A DNA stretch of 64,000 nucleotides, taken from assembly GCF_009834535.1 (NCBI RefSeq), contig NC_045696.1:60762001-60826000 (forward strand). Reading direction: 5' to 3'. The position numbers were made by a program, and so were the translations under genes. Below are positions 54,001 to 64,000 of the stretch, in pieces (position 1 is the stretch's first letter; every line of letters starts with the position of its first letter). The notes under the pieces are model-generated. The model was not told the origin of the DNA. It saw only the letters and a program-made list of their open reading frames with translations, and made no database searches. The stretch is from Camelus ferus. Lineage: Eukaryota.

Positions 54001-56665
54001 ATAAACATAGATGCAAAAATCCTTAATCTATTAGCAAATTGAATTCAGAAGTATATTAAATGTATAATACATTATGACCAAGTAGAGTTTATCCCAAAAA
54101 TATAAGGTTGATTTACTATTAGAAAATTCAATGTAATCTACCATATAACAGTACATATTATATAATTCCATTTATATAAACAAAGTTCTAGAAGAGGCAA
54201 AATTAATTTAATGTAAAACATAAATCTAATGTAAAAAAAAAAATCAGAACAATAGTTACCTGGGATGGATGGGAGAGAGTGACTGGCACAGGATAGGAGG
54301 GAAATTTCTGGAGACATGGGAATATTCTGTATTATTACAGGATTGTGAGTTTTACATGGATGTAAATTACTGCGTTTGCTGCATTTCAGTATATATAAAT
54401 CTTATCCAAAAAAAACTTAAAAGGAACAATAACAGTGGGATGATAGGGAATGGGCAGAAGTATATGAAACAGAACGAGAGAATACTGATAAGTGTTGAAG
54501 CTGGGTGAAGGGTCATGGGAGTTCATCAAACTATTCTGGTTTTGAGTTTTGTTTTAGTTTACATAATAAAAAATAAAAACAAAACAAAACTTAAAGAGTT
54601 TTTAGTTGAGAACAAGTTATATGAGTCAAAATGCTTTGCAGTTCCCCAGCACTAACAATAAAAAGTTACTGAAACTTCCTATAGCATTTAACAAGAGATG
54701 CAGCCACTAATATGAGTACAATGAACACTACTTGCCTATAACTTGCGTCCAGGTAAAAGCAAAAAGAATGGTTAGGAGGACTTGCTTATTATATACCCTG
54801 TGAAGAACTAGGAAAATTAGGGATGAGAACTCTCAAGAAGAACTTAATAGCTTCTTTTAATATCTGAAGCACGAACACTATTAAGTTTGTTCAGGCATGA
54901 GCCATAAATAAGAAGAGTGGGTGGAAGTTTCAGGAAGAGTTTTCAGCTCTATAAAAAGAACAATAATCTCTCCAAAAAGCAAAGGGGCTGCCCCTGGAGA
55001 TAATTTCCCTATTTGTCAAATGTAAGTACAAGATTTGTACACTGGCAACAATCACAAGAGGAAAACAGCCATTTAGGTTCCTTATAGAGCAGAGATTTTG
55101 CAGTTCTCTGAACTACTTTCTCTTATTTTAATCTAAATTCAAAGAGAGAAGTGCAGGGCTTTGTGGGAATGATTTTTAAAAAGTATTTACCAGGTGAATA
55201 GGGAAATTGAGGAGATGTTGTTTAAGGGTACAAACTTGCAAAGAGTAGATAAATAAGTTCTGAAGATCTAATGCACTACATAGTGACTACGAACAATGAT
55301 ACTGTATTATAAACTTAAAAGTTGCTGAGAGACTGAAAAATAAATAATTCAGCCAGAATGCAGTGTCATGATAAAAGCTGAAATACACAAACCCCAAACA
55401 GTATTCTGGCACATATGGTTATGAACAGCATGCACAGAAATTTTTGGAAATTACAAAAAAAATGACTAGTCAGATTTCTGAGCTGAACTGAAAACTTCCA
55501 GATTAATCTTTCTTGATAAAGTAATGAGACAAATTATAAAATCAACCACAATATGCAGCCCTGCCCCAGGTACTTTCTCCTTTCCTCAAAGAATAGTGAT
55601 TATTGTGGGCACTCCATGGAGCTAAGTACTGTAGAGGAATCAAAGTCTAATACGCAAGGAACATCACAATCTAACTGCAAAGGCAATATATGCCTGAAAC
55701 ATAAGCTATCACCACAGTAGTACTTGGTTAAGTGCCAGTAAAGAGTTCGGATAAGACATACTGCGAAATGAAAAGAACATTCTGCTGGGGTGGTTTCAGC
55801 AGGCTGACTTGAGGTTAAGGAACTTAAAATCAAAGAATTTAGACAGGGGGGAAAAAAAGTAATGGGAAAGAGGCAGACACTTCCAGGGCAGGAGAACAGG
55901 GTAAAGCAAGCAATGTGAAACTAAACTTGAATTTTGTCTTCAGAGAACCCCCACTATTCCTTCAATGCCTCTGCCTGGCTCTCCTATCAATTCCTTCCCG
56001 AACGTTTTGGTTCCCAAAGTGTGGTCCTTGGACAAGCAGCACCAGCAACCATCTGGGAACTTCACCTGCAAATTCTGGGGCCCCATCCCATACCTACTGA
56101 GACAGAACTGGGCAGCGGGAGGGAATGCAGCAGCAATCTGTGTTTTAACAAGCCCTTCAGGTGATTCTGATGCACGCTCAAGTTTGAAAACCACTGCTCT
56201 AGGACTACCTGCTAAGCACAACCCTCCGCTCAGGAAAGTCATGATTTTCTGAGTGCCTAACTGAGCCACTTTGTTGTGGTACAGGAAGAGTTGATAGCTG
56301 GTCCCAGCCCTCTAAGAGTTCAAAACCTCTGGCCCAGTCTGGCTTTCTCCTACAGTACACCTTGTTCCAATCACTACCCTCTATGCCATCGCCTCCCTTA
56401 CTACTTTACCCTCATAGGGCCCGCTCCCACCACTCCGTGGCCCTACCTCAGAGTCAGAGGGGACGTGGTGCCGGCAGGGAGGGGAACTGCCCAAGGAGAC
56501 TGGAATAGATGTGGCGCTTGCCCGGAGCCCGCCCAACAGGAGTAAAACGCCTCGGACCCATAAAGAACCGCTCCAATGCCACCGGCTCAGAACCCGGCCT
56601 GAACCCGAGGAGCCCGCTCCTCTGCCCCACTCGGCCGCCATCTTCAGGCCGAGCGTCGTTACCAT
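1471..56665 (-). CDS. LMLN: Leishmanolysin-like peptidase (invadolysin), whole spliced CDS span: 17 coding exons, 2085 nt, 694 aa
   Basis: Manually assembled exons join in frame with GT-AG introns. The protein runs [13 protein letters not shown]...HEIIHALGFS...NHWEKR..NEAMTG...[11 protein letters not shown]. It has the HEXXH zinc motif, third His, Met-turn and a hydrophobic GPI-signal-like C-terminus. Confidence 0.97.
2945..3310. mobile_element. Adjacent hAT-Charlie MITEs (MER5A-like then MER3-like)
   Basis: Recognised consensus-like motifs. Confidence 0.65.
5154..5400 (+). mobile_element. MER68/MER77-like LTR with internal deletion
   Basis: gagttaacatagcaggcc start and gtggtcttggacacccccaacaca end. 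Confidence 0.55.
6375..6585 (-). CDS. LMLN: LMLN exon 16 (211 nt, VSCSPQG...RTLPL)
   Basis: Within ORF 6367..6591; ttgaag| acceptor and G|gtgagt donor. Confidence 0.96.
7876..8769 (+). pseudogene. L1 ORF1p remnant: frame preserved, three premature stops (7885, 8578, 8755)
   Basis: Coiled-coil, NIHIIGV RRM and ARR.W...YPAR motifs; ORF 7984..8580 is the largest open part. Confidence 0.88.
9191..9226. repeat. (CA)n microsatellite
   Basis: Direct reading. Confidence 0.95.
10576..11785 (+). mobile_element. 5'-truncated L1 (ORF2 C-terminus + 3' UTR)
   Basis: ORF 10866..11240 contains [24 protein letters not shown]; perfect 15-bp TSD aagactaggtcaaca (10561-10575 / 11786-11800). Confidence 0.92.
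11660..11714. repeat. (TA)n microsatellite
   Basis: Direct reading. Confidence 0.95.
12370..13670 (+). mobile_element. Old L1M(C/D)-type 3' region
   Basis: Recognised 3' UTR motifs ending in an A-rich tail; approximate. Confidence 0.6.
15086..15216 (-). CDS. LMLN: LMLN exon 15 (131 nt, LFKNYGAE...GSGCYQ)
   Basis: ttcag| acceptor, CAG|gtaaac donor. Confidence 0.96.
16000..16198. mobile_element. MER58-like DNA transposon fragment
   Basis: taaagttttactggaa...cacaaagcctaaaatattcactatc. Confidence 0.6.
17005..17225 (-). mobile_element. MIR SINE (similar fragments near 3600, 16800, 19570, 23580, 32500, 35360, 37880)
   Basis: Core motif cagaggagaaaactgaggcagagagaag. Confidence 0.65.
17288..17447 (-). 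CDS. LMLN: LMLN exon 14 (160 nt, YFDELSG...LENQP)
   Basis: tgtag| acceptor, G|gttagt donor; GG..IADYCPF motif. Confidence 0.96.
18022..18284 (-). mobile_element. Short L1 3' end whose poly(A) tail has become a GAAA/GGAA-type repeat
   Basis: About 180 nt pure pyrimidine tract, then reverse L1 tail; TSD aacaatc(g/a)cttt (18010-18021 / 18285-18296). Confidence 0.8.
18849..18981 (-). CDS. LMLN: LMLN exon 13 (133 nt, RQMLSPYC...PQEYQ)
   Basis: Within ORF 18786..19004; tgcag| acceptor and CAG|gtaaca donor. Confidence 0.96.
20050..21040 (+). mobile_element. Old L1M 3' fragment, apparently inside a MER5-like element
   Basis: [18 protein letters not shown]2 motif; MER5-like halves at about 19915-20045 and 21100-21155. 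Confidence 0.7.
21525..21635 (-). CDS. LMLN: LMLN exon 12 (111 nt, WYKANYS...QQRQ), symmetric phase-2 exon
   Basis: cacag| acceptor, AA|gtaagg donor. Confidence 0.95.
22183..22307 (+). mobile_element. Short young L1 3' end
   Basis: Similar to 47810-47934; perfect 14-bp TSD aataagataaatga (22169-22182 / 22308-22321). Confidence 0.87.
23730..24450 (-). mobile_element. L1 ORF2 3' fragment, reverse orientation
   Basis: Reverse L1 motifs (cattcccaccagca, gatatccagttgtcc). Confidence 0.75.
25888..25964 (-). CDS. LMLN: LMLN exon 11 (77 nt, NEAMTG...LMEDT), Met-turn
   Basis: ttcag| acceptor, GG|gtaaga donor. Confidence 0.96.
27020..27088. repeat. (TG)n microsatellite
   Basis: Direct reading. Confidence 0.95.
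28731..28838 (-). CDS. LMLN: LMLN exon 10 (108 nt, DEARKHFNC...NHWEKRLLE), includes the third zinc-ligand His
   Basis: cttag| acceptor, GAG|gttagt donor; conserved ELENQGG.GT..NHWEKR. Confidence 0.96.
29028..31224 (+). mobile_element. L1 5' UTR + ORF1 + inter-ORF element lacking ORF2, copy C
   Basis: Homologous to 6933-8830; ORF1 frameshifted; imperfect TSD aaattactattt(ct)ttcaa (29011-29027 / 31225-31243). Confidence 0.82.
31572..31982 (+). mobile_element. MLT2-type LTR
   Basis: tgatgattaattttatgtgtcaacttggctgggcca...ctggagaactctgactaa. Confidence 0.75.
32282..32399 (-). CDS. LMLN: LMLN exon 9 (118 nt, LGLYQWS...TPRVV)
   Basis: tgcag| acceptor, GTC|gtgagt donor. Confidence 0.95.
35628..35722 (-). 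CDS. LMLN: LMLN exon 8 (95 nt, GFSAGLF...PPFNY)
   Basis: ttacag| acceptor, AG|gtattt donor. Confidence 0.95.
38910..39015 (-). CDS. LMLN: LMLN exon 7 (106 nt) with zinc-binding HEIIH motif at 38916-38930
   Basis: [11 protein letters not shown]...VKHEIIHAL within ORF 38859..39134; aacag| acceptor and CTG|gtaaat donor. Confidence 0.97.
42515..42693 (-). CDS. LMLN: LMLN exon 6 (179 nt, QCRVCC...QEAKMD)
   Basis: cttag| acceptor, AG|gtaaac donor; DADFVLYV motif of M8 peptidases. Confidence 0.95.
43953..44072 (+). mobile_element. tRNA-derived SINE, camelid Vic-1-like
   Basis: GGGG start, A box TAGCTCAG, B-box-like GGTTCCTTCCC; TSD aaaaatact(a/g)aggtat (43937-43952 / 44073-44088). Confidence 0.82.
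44378..44501 (-). CDS. LMLN: LMLN exon 5 (124 nt, [12 protein letters not shown]...EEHLQ)
   Basis: ctgaag| acceptor (atypical), CAG|gtaatt donor, frame consistent. Confidence 0.92.
44988..45070 (-). CDS. LMLN: LMLN exon 4 (83 nt, NKLFPQ...TILLS)
   Basis: tttag| acceptor, CAG|gtatgt donor. Confidence 0.95.
45426..45456 (-). CDS. LMLN: LMLN exon 3 (31 nt, [10 protein letters not shown])
   Basis: ttcag| acceptor, AAG|gtatg donor, phases 2 to 0 fit both neighbours. Confidence 0.92.
46140..46237 (-). CDS. LMLN: LMLN exon 2 (98 nt, VINKVHLK...KSIE)
   Basis: tttcag| acceptor, GA|gtaagt donor, frame consistent. Confidence 0.95.
46323..48150 (+). mobile_element. 5'-truncated copy of the same composite element, copy B
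   Basis: Colinear with about 8400-9974; perfect 17-bp TSD aaaattaataaactaaa (46306-46322 / 48151-48167). Confidence 0.88.
47671..47934 (+). mobile_element. Young L1 3' end nested in copy B
   Basis: A-tail and perfect 15-bp TSD aagagtgaaccctaa (47656-47670 / 47935-47949). Confidence 0.88.
49722..50070 (+). mobile_element. MLT1-type MaLR LTR
   Basis: tgtcttagctcaggctgctgtaacagaa...aacattcag pattern. Confidence 0.7.
50132..50521 (+). mobile_element. MER68/MER77-like LTR, interrupted
   Basis: Recognised start tgtgca..aa.agttaa.atagcaggcct; related fragment at 5154-5400. Confidence 0.6.
50522..51023 (-). mobile_element. Solo ERV LTR (502 bp)
   Basis: TG...CA termini, 4-bp TSD GAAA on both sides, AATAAA on minus strand near its 3' end. 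Confidence 0.7.
52044..52840 (+). mobile_element. MER21-like LTR inserted in an old L1
   Basis: tgtgatactgtgatttataataa start; interrupts L1 ORF2 sequence. Confidence 0.6.
56005..56200. mobile_element. MER5A-like MITE
   Basis: caaagtgtggtcc...gtgattctgatgcacgctcaagtttgaaaaccactg. Confidence 0.75.
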
Positions 56666-56900
56666 GGAGTACGTGACGCCTCCGCGCCCAGCGCCAGCCC
56701 CGCCCCTCGCCTCTCCAGGCAGGTGGAGGGACGAGGCGGCGGAAAGGTGCTTTTTGATTGGCTAGCGTCACCCGTAGGAAGTTCACCGCGGATGAGCGTT
56801 GCATCACGTCCAACGCGTCTCATTCGCGTGAAGTCGGCCAATAAATGCCGTTTGGCCGCCCACGTGAGTCGGGCTGTGAGAAGACTAGCGGGTGTTAATG
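56420..56900. promoter_or_regulatory. CpG-island bidirectional promoter (LMLN minus / IQCG plus)
   Basis: CpG-dense; GC box near 56698-56706, oppositely oriented CCAAT boxes (about 56757 and 56838), TGACG half-sites, YY1 and RFX-like motifs. Confidence 0.8.
56447..56665 (-). CDS. LMLN: LMLN exon 1 coding part (73 codons, MVTTLG...VPSDSE)
   Basis: N-terminal part of ORF 56381..56665; donor GAG|gtaggg; hydrophobic signal-like stretch [11 protein letters not shown]. Confidence 0.93.
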
Positions 56901-59877
56901 TTAATGGCATGGTAGTACGTGGGTGTCCTTACTAAGGGAGTTTTTGTTTTGAATTCAGTTATTTATCGAAAACATATGCACTCACTACGTGCCAGGTGCT
57001 TAGACATACAGATGCAAAAGTTTTTATGGTTTAGCTCTCTGTATAAAAGGTCAATGGAATAATTTTCATTTTGACTTATCCTGAGTCACCAATTTTGAAC
57101 CAATTTCTGTAAAATCAGGTGTGTTCATTACTTTTCAATCACATCCCGTAATTTGTCTTAATTTGAGAACTGCAACTGCATTAATTCCGGAGAGTAGGTA
57201 GATCCTTGCCATTAGGGCAACTACCTTAAAAACTGAGCCGTGAGGAACTATAAAAAATTGGCAATTGGGACAAATCTTCCTGTTGCCCATGAAAGAATTA
57301 AAACTAGAAATTAAAAGCAATGAACTGTAACAGTCATTCCAGGAATTGAGTTTTATAAATTACTATACTAGGAACTGTAATGGTAGGAAGAACAGAAAGG
57401 CCCGAAGCACTTACAATTTGTTGGTGAAGATTATGTACTCCCAAAAAGGGGGGAATGGGCATTTTACAAGTAGACTCATTAGATGTGTCTTATCACCCCA
57501 CAACTAGAGGATGTTGAGATTTCAAACAAAATTTATCACTTTCAGGAAGTTCTCTCCCCATGAGACCACAAAGAAGTTGCAGATTGTGAACAAAGAATGG
57601 AATCAGCCATCTTCAAGTTCCTGCTGGTAGCAGGAGTACCATGCTGTGGGAGAGGCAGTTTCGATGAGCTGCTAGCCATTTAAGTTCATTTTTTTGTGAA
57701 ACATGGGGCTCCTCCATTGTAACTTTGTCTTGAGAACTGCCTTGCACTGACCAAACTTGAAGGGAGCAGAAAAACACAATACACGTTCTCATTTATAAGT
57801 GCTGCCATTACATCAGTTTAGGAGGGTGTATGAATTTGCATGCAGGGCTCATTTGTCACTGCATTTACTCTGGTTATCTTAAGGATTTTTAGCTTTCTTC
57901 CCTACATTGTTCAAATGCCTACCACTTCTTGTTTATCCACCCCATTGCTCTACCATCACCTACCTAGTTCTAGTCAGCAGCTCCTAACAAAGGAGAATTG
58001 AGATTATTTTCCCCTCTCCTCTATATGCCTAATCCAGATTCAAATAGCCATCTGCTTTTCTGGACATGTTCACAGGTGGACATTCACCAGCTTCCTCAAA
58101 CTCAGTTACCCCCCACCAAACTATCTCCTGGTTCTCCAACTTTGTAAATGCACTATTACCAACAGACTCAGCAACCAAATCTAGGAACGTTACCCTTGAA
58201 GACTCCTCTCCAAAGTCAATTGGGCTCTTCAGTGATACTTTCATACATAGAGGAATATAAATTCCTGTCATCTCTTAGTTTTCTACTTACTTTCCAATTA
58301 ACTCCGCACAATAGGTTTCAGTCACACTATGTTAACAGCTGAACGGTCCCTCAAATACTTTCTGCTTTCACATAAAATCTTTGTGCCATTTCCTTTTTCT
58401 GTAACTCCTACCCCCAAGCATTTCTTTATTCTTGAGTACCCCAAGAGTATATCTACTTCACTGGCACAACAAAGTAGTTACTCCTATGTTGGCAGTTTTT
58501 TGAGAAGGGTAACTAAATCTCACTGGAGGAGGTTTGAAAACTGCACTTCCTTCCCTCGTTCAATTTCCTTAGGGTTCTACTAACCAAATTCTTAGTTGTG
58601 GGGGCCATGAAATGCACCACTAACATCTGGTGAAGAGAGCATAATTGGCTCCAAGCTGCTTCTCACCATCCAACTTGAGGCCATACTTCCTAAGGGCTGC
58701 TGCTGCTAGACAAATGAGACTGGCAGTACAGACACAACCCCCATTTCTGTCTAACATGTGACTTTTCCTGCAGCAATTTTGGCTTCAGGGCCACTATTAA
58801 ACTAAGCAAACCATAGAACTGCAGTGTGCTACTATTACACCTTTCTCCTTCAAAGGTCTCTCACCACTCCCTACCATACATTTTTAGCATGCTGATCATT
58901 TAGTCAAGAGAACCCAAATACAATTAAAACTGTTGAAAGGGGCTGAGTTTAGCAAACTCCCAGTATCTTGTTGGTATTTTCAGTGGAACGTCACGATTTG
59001 TTGATTAATAAAAGGAGTAGCTGCTACTGCATCAAACATTTAAAATCATCATGCTGCAAACTGATGCCTTGGTTCAAACTTGTATTCAGCACATTCTGAG
59101 ATTTAAAATACTCTGCAGCCCTGCTTAGTTTCCTTTACATCATGCCAAAGTATCTCAATCCTGCATTTTACATTAAAACATGAAGCCAAGGAAAGCTATA
59201 CTATCCAGGCAAACCTAACATCCCACCCCAACCCCGGCCCTAGATTACTTGTTGAGGCATGTAGTATTTTGGGGATATTTCCAACTTACACATATTCCCA
59301 GTGTTATACACTGGAACACTTTGTCAAGTCACAAATTCCAAGGCTTTCTCATCCCTGTATGTTCAAACGAGCTGCCAAATACCACCAATATATCACCATT
59401 CAAATTCCTTCTAAATACCATTTTAAAGTCCCAAGTTTCCCAACCAATCTATGTTGAACAAGTGTATGCACTACAAGGTACTTTAAAGGTCAAGAAGTTT
59501 CATGGTATATATCTGTACTGGCTAAGAATTCCGAATTCTGCTCTTTCTGGAATACACTGGGTGTCTCCACTTGTCCAAAAACTTTTCAGAGGCTAGGTTC
59601 AAGTGCTTTATCACTCTAAACCTTCCAAGATACTCCTTTCCACTGTTCCCAACTATAGCTTACTTGTAACCTTCCCCTCACCATTTAAAGCCTTATATTA
59701 AGATACATCCCATCATCATCAAAACTCTCCTGTTGTCTCAATCTCTGTAATTCTCTAGGCTTCCTTGTTCTCTGAAAATCTCGGATAACCACCAACATTT
59801 AAGCACTTAGCAAATGAATTTGCAGGAAAGAAAATTTTAAGCCACTTAACAAAAATACAAGAGAACAAATTCACACT

Positions 59878-59883
59878 TTTATT
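59878..59883 (-). terminator. RPL35A: RPL35A poly(A) signal AATAAA
   Basis: tttatt on plus strand, 15 nt after the stop codon, followed by a U/GU-rich tract. Confidence 0.85.
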
Positions 59884-59898
59884 TTCTTTTCAATAAGT

Positions 59899-61966
<2,068 letters not shown>

Positions 61967-61977
<11 letters not shown>

Positions 61978-62011
61978 ATTTATCGTTTTGGAAGTCCTGT
62001 TCCCAGCAGGC
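61967..62011 (-). other. RPL35A: RPL35A exon 2 (5' UTR plus ATG at 61975-61977)
   Basis: tttaaag|GCCTGCTGGGAAC...ATGTCTGGAAG|gtatgc. Confidence 0.9.
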
Positions 62012-62599
62012 CTTTAAAACAAACAAAAATAATCAGTTTAAAACCTTGCAAAGTGCATTTCCCACGTAGTCTCCTCCGGAAAAGCACCCCAAATTCAGAG
62101 ACTGCCTGATAGCTAAGCAAACTCCAAAATGAAGACAAAAACAAAAAGTGGCAAGGCTCCACACTAAAATCACTGACTGAACCAAATATGCTACATGGAT
62201 GAGGGAGAATGAGAGTAGGGAAGTATGTATATGTGGGTGGGGAGGGCTATGTTGGAGCTCTGTATTTTCTGCTCAATTCTGCTGTAAATCTAAGACAATT
62301 CTAAAAAAATTAAGTCTATCAAAAACAAAAGACTCCACACCAAAAGAAGTAACTCCTAGAAATCCCAAAGGAAGCCTTAAAAATAATTCATGCCATCCAT
62401 GATCAGCCAAAAAAAGGAGTCAAAAGCACACAGAAAGTAAGTTTTAAGCACTGAACGCAAAAGAAAAGCTAAGGAAAGACTGGGAACAAGCCAAACCAGG
62501 TTTGGAGTAGGAGTAAATGGACAATGAACCTTGCCTAAAAGAGCCACTGCTTCAGAAGGGGAACTGCTGCCAGACAAAATGCATCTACTTCCCTCCCCT

Positions 62600-63550
62600 G
62601 GGGCCCGGGAACCAACTTCTATTGCAGCAGCACCGGATCTAGGCGATCAGGGGACCAGCACCATCAGTACCGTATCGCCTCCATCCTGTCCTCCCTGTTG
62701 CTGAAGTCCCTAGAAATCATTAGCTGGTAGAGCCTCGGAGCCGCACCAGTGCCTCGCCGAGGAACAGAATCGAATCCAACCTAATTATTTACCCCCAAAG
62801 TTCGGCAGCTGGAGCCCCACTCACCTCCACAGTCTCCAAGATGGCTGAAAGAGAAAGGCGAGGCCCTGCCGCGCGGCCTTGTGGGTAAACAGCTCCCCGT
62901 CCCGCCCCCATTTAGTCATCTTCCGCGATCGCCAAAAAAAAAAATAAAGCCTGAGACATCGTCTTCTGACTGAAATAAGCAACGTTCAAGAGCACTTGTA
63001 CCATTCTTTCCCTAAGTTATTTTATCTTCGTAAGCTGCAACATGTAATATTTTGGGACAGAGGGAGGCAAATTTGTAGACAGCTAAAGGAAAAGAACAGG
63101 TCCTTGAAGTTGTGCGTTGCCACAGAAACACTTTAGCTTGGTTCCCGCGCCGTCGCGTGCTGCAGGTGGAAAAGTGAAGCCGGACTGGAGGACGTCCCCC
63201 GCTTCGGGTACCCGAGATTTGATTCGCCAACAAGGGAGTATCTTTACTCTTTACCACACAGATCTTTACTCTTTACCACACAGGAGTAGAGTGAAAAGAG
63301 ACTCTCGCATCCTAGCCAGGAGGAGAAAGGCCGCAATTACGAAGGCAGGAGGAGGGAACTTTTCCTTCTCTTTACCTCCCCTCTTCCCCCGCCCCGCATT
63401 CCTTTATTTCAAGAAATGGCTTAAGTTCTTACCTCCATTCTTCATTTGATTCCGAGGGTGAAAAGCACTGCCCTGAAAAGGCCTGTTGCCTTTTAAGGAG
63501 AACTCATTCAGCTGCCAAACTCTCGGAGCGCGCTGACCACCGTGCCCACC
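62600..63550. promoter_or_regulatory. CpG-rich promoter region of RPL35A, possibly shared with an alternative IQCG start
   Basis: CpG enrichment, GC boxes, X-box-like GTTGCCACAGAAAC at 63116-63129. Confidence 0.7.
62825..62858 (-). promoter_or_regulatory. RPL35A: RPL35A non-coding exon 1 with TCT initiator / 5' TOP tract and YY1 motif
   Basis: Minus strand reads CCTTTCTCTTTCAGCCATCTTGGAGACTGTGGAG|gtgagt; GC box immediately upstream. Confidence 0.88.
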
Positions 63551-63654
63551 TGTAATAGGTGTTCAGTAAATCCTTGTAGACTAGAATGGGATAGATTAGT
63601 GGACGTCAGAGATTTACATTTCCTAATTAATGCACATTTATTTGGGTTGCCCTA

Positions 63655-64000
63655 TTATATTCATTCATTTTTTTTCCCAATAAATAATTTGTTGAATGAG
63701 TACCATGTACCGAGCATAGTTCTTGTCTTGGAGGACGCCGCAGTAAACAAAACAACAAATCTCTGTCCTTATGGAGCTTACATCCTAGTAAGGAGAGTGA
63801 GACAGTGAGTAAAATATATGGCACATTAGGTGATGTGAGGAAAAATGTTCTCTGTGGAGATTGTCCCCAGATGGGGCAAATGGCAGATACCTAACAAAAT
63901 GCCACTGATTTAACTTGGGACCTGATGGATCAGTGGGACCCTGCAAGGTGAAAAGGTGAGGGGTAGAGTGGTTCAAGTTGAAGGAATAGCATAAGCAAAG
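63655..64000 (-). mobile_element. L2 3' fragment (another near 23050-23340)
   Basis: cattcatt...aataaataatttgttga...ctgtccttatggagcttacatcctag. Confidence 0.65.

Larger units (their letters stand above)
48190..54590 (+). mobile_element. Cluster of old, fragmented L1M sequence with nested LTRs
   Basis: Degenerate ORF1/ORF2 and L1M 3' end motifs; boundaries approximate. Confidence 0.7.

Noticed and set aside
56454..56935. Several overlapping ORFs in the LMLN promoter
   Set aside because: Expected from stop-poor GC-rich sequence; only the LMLN frame is supported.
63166..63207. Candidate IQCG untranslated exon (tgcag|...cgg|gtaccc)
   Set aside because: Weak donor; cannot be supported without transcript data.

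Overview
Mammalian genomic DNA, most likely camelid (a Vic-1-like tRNA-derived SINE and camelid-type L1 3' ends are present). It is the LMLN-IQCG-RPL35A locus, syntenic with human 3q29. I reconstructed the complete 17-exon coding sequence of LMLN (invadolysin, M8 metzincin; minus strand, 56665 to 1471; 2085 nt, 694 aa), with every intron GT-AG and every phase consistent. The complete RPL35A gene is also present (minus strand, 110 aa, 5' TOP start). Two CpG-rich promoters carry RFX X-box-like motifs, and these probably drive the 5' untranslated part of IQCG on the plus strand. The introns are repeat-rich. The most notable observation is a family of ORF1-only ('half-L1'-like) retroelements, with three copies in LMLN introns, each bounded by its own target-site duplication (TSD). 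Two copies share the same mosaic 3' half: inverted ORF2 debris, internal A-tracts, an unassigned linker and an ancient L1M 3' end. The mosaic therefore appears to have retrotransposed as a unit. The third copy looks like the simpler precursor. Repeat subfamily names and comparisons to human proteins come from memory, not from a database search.
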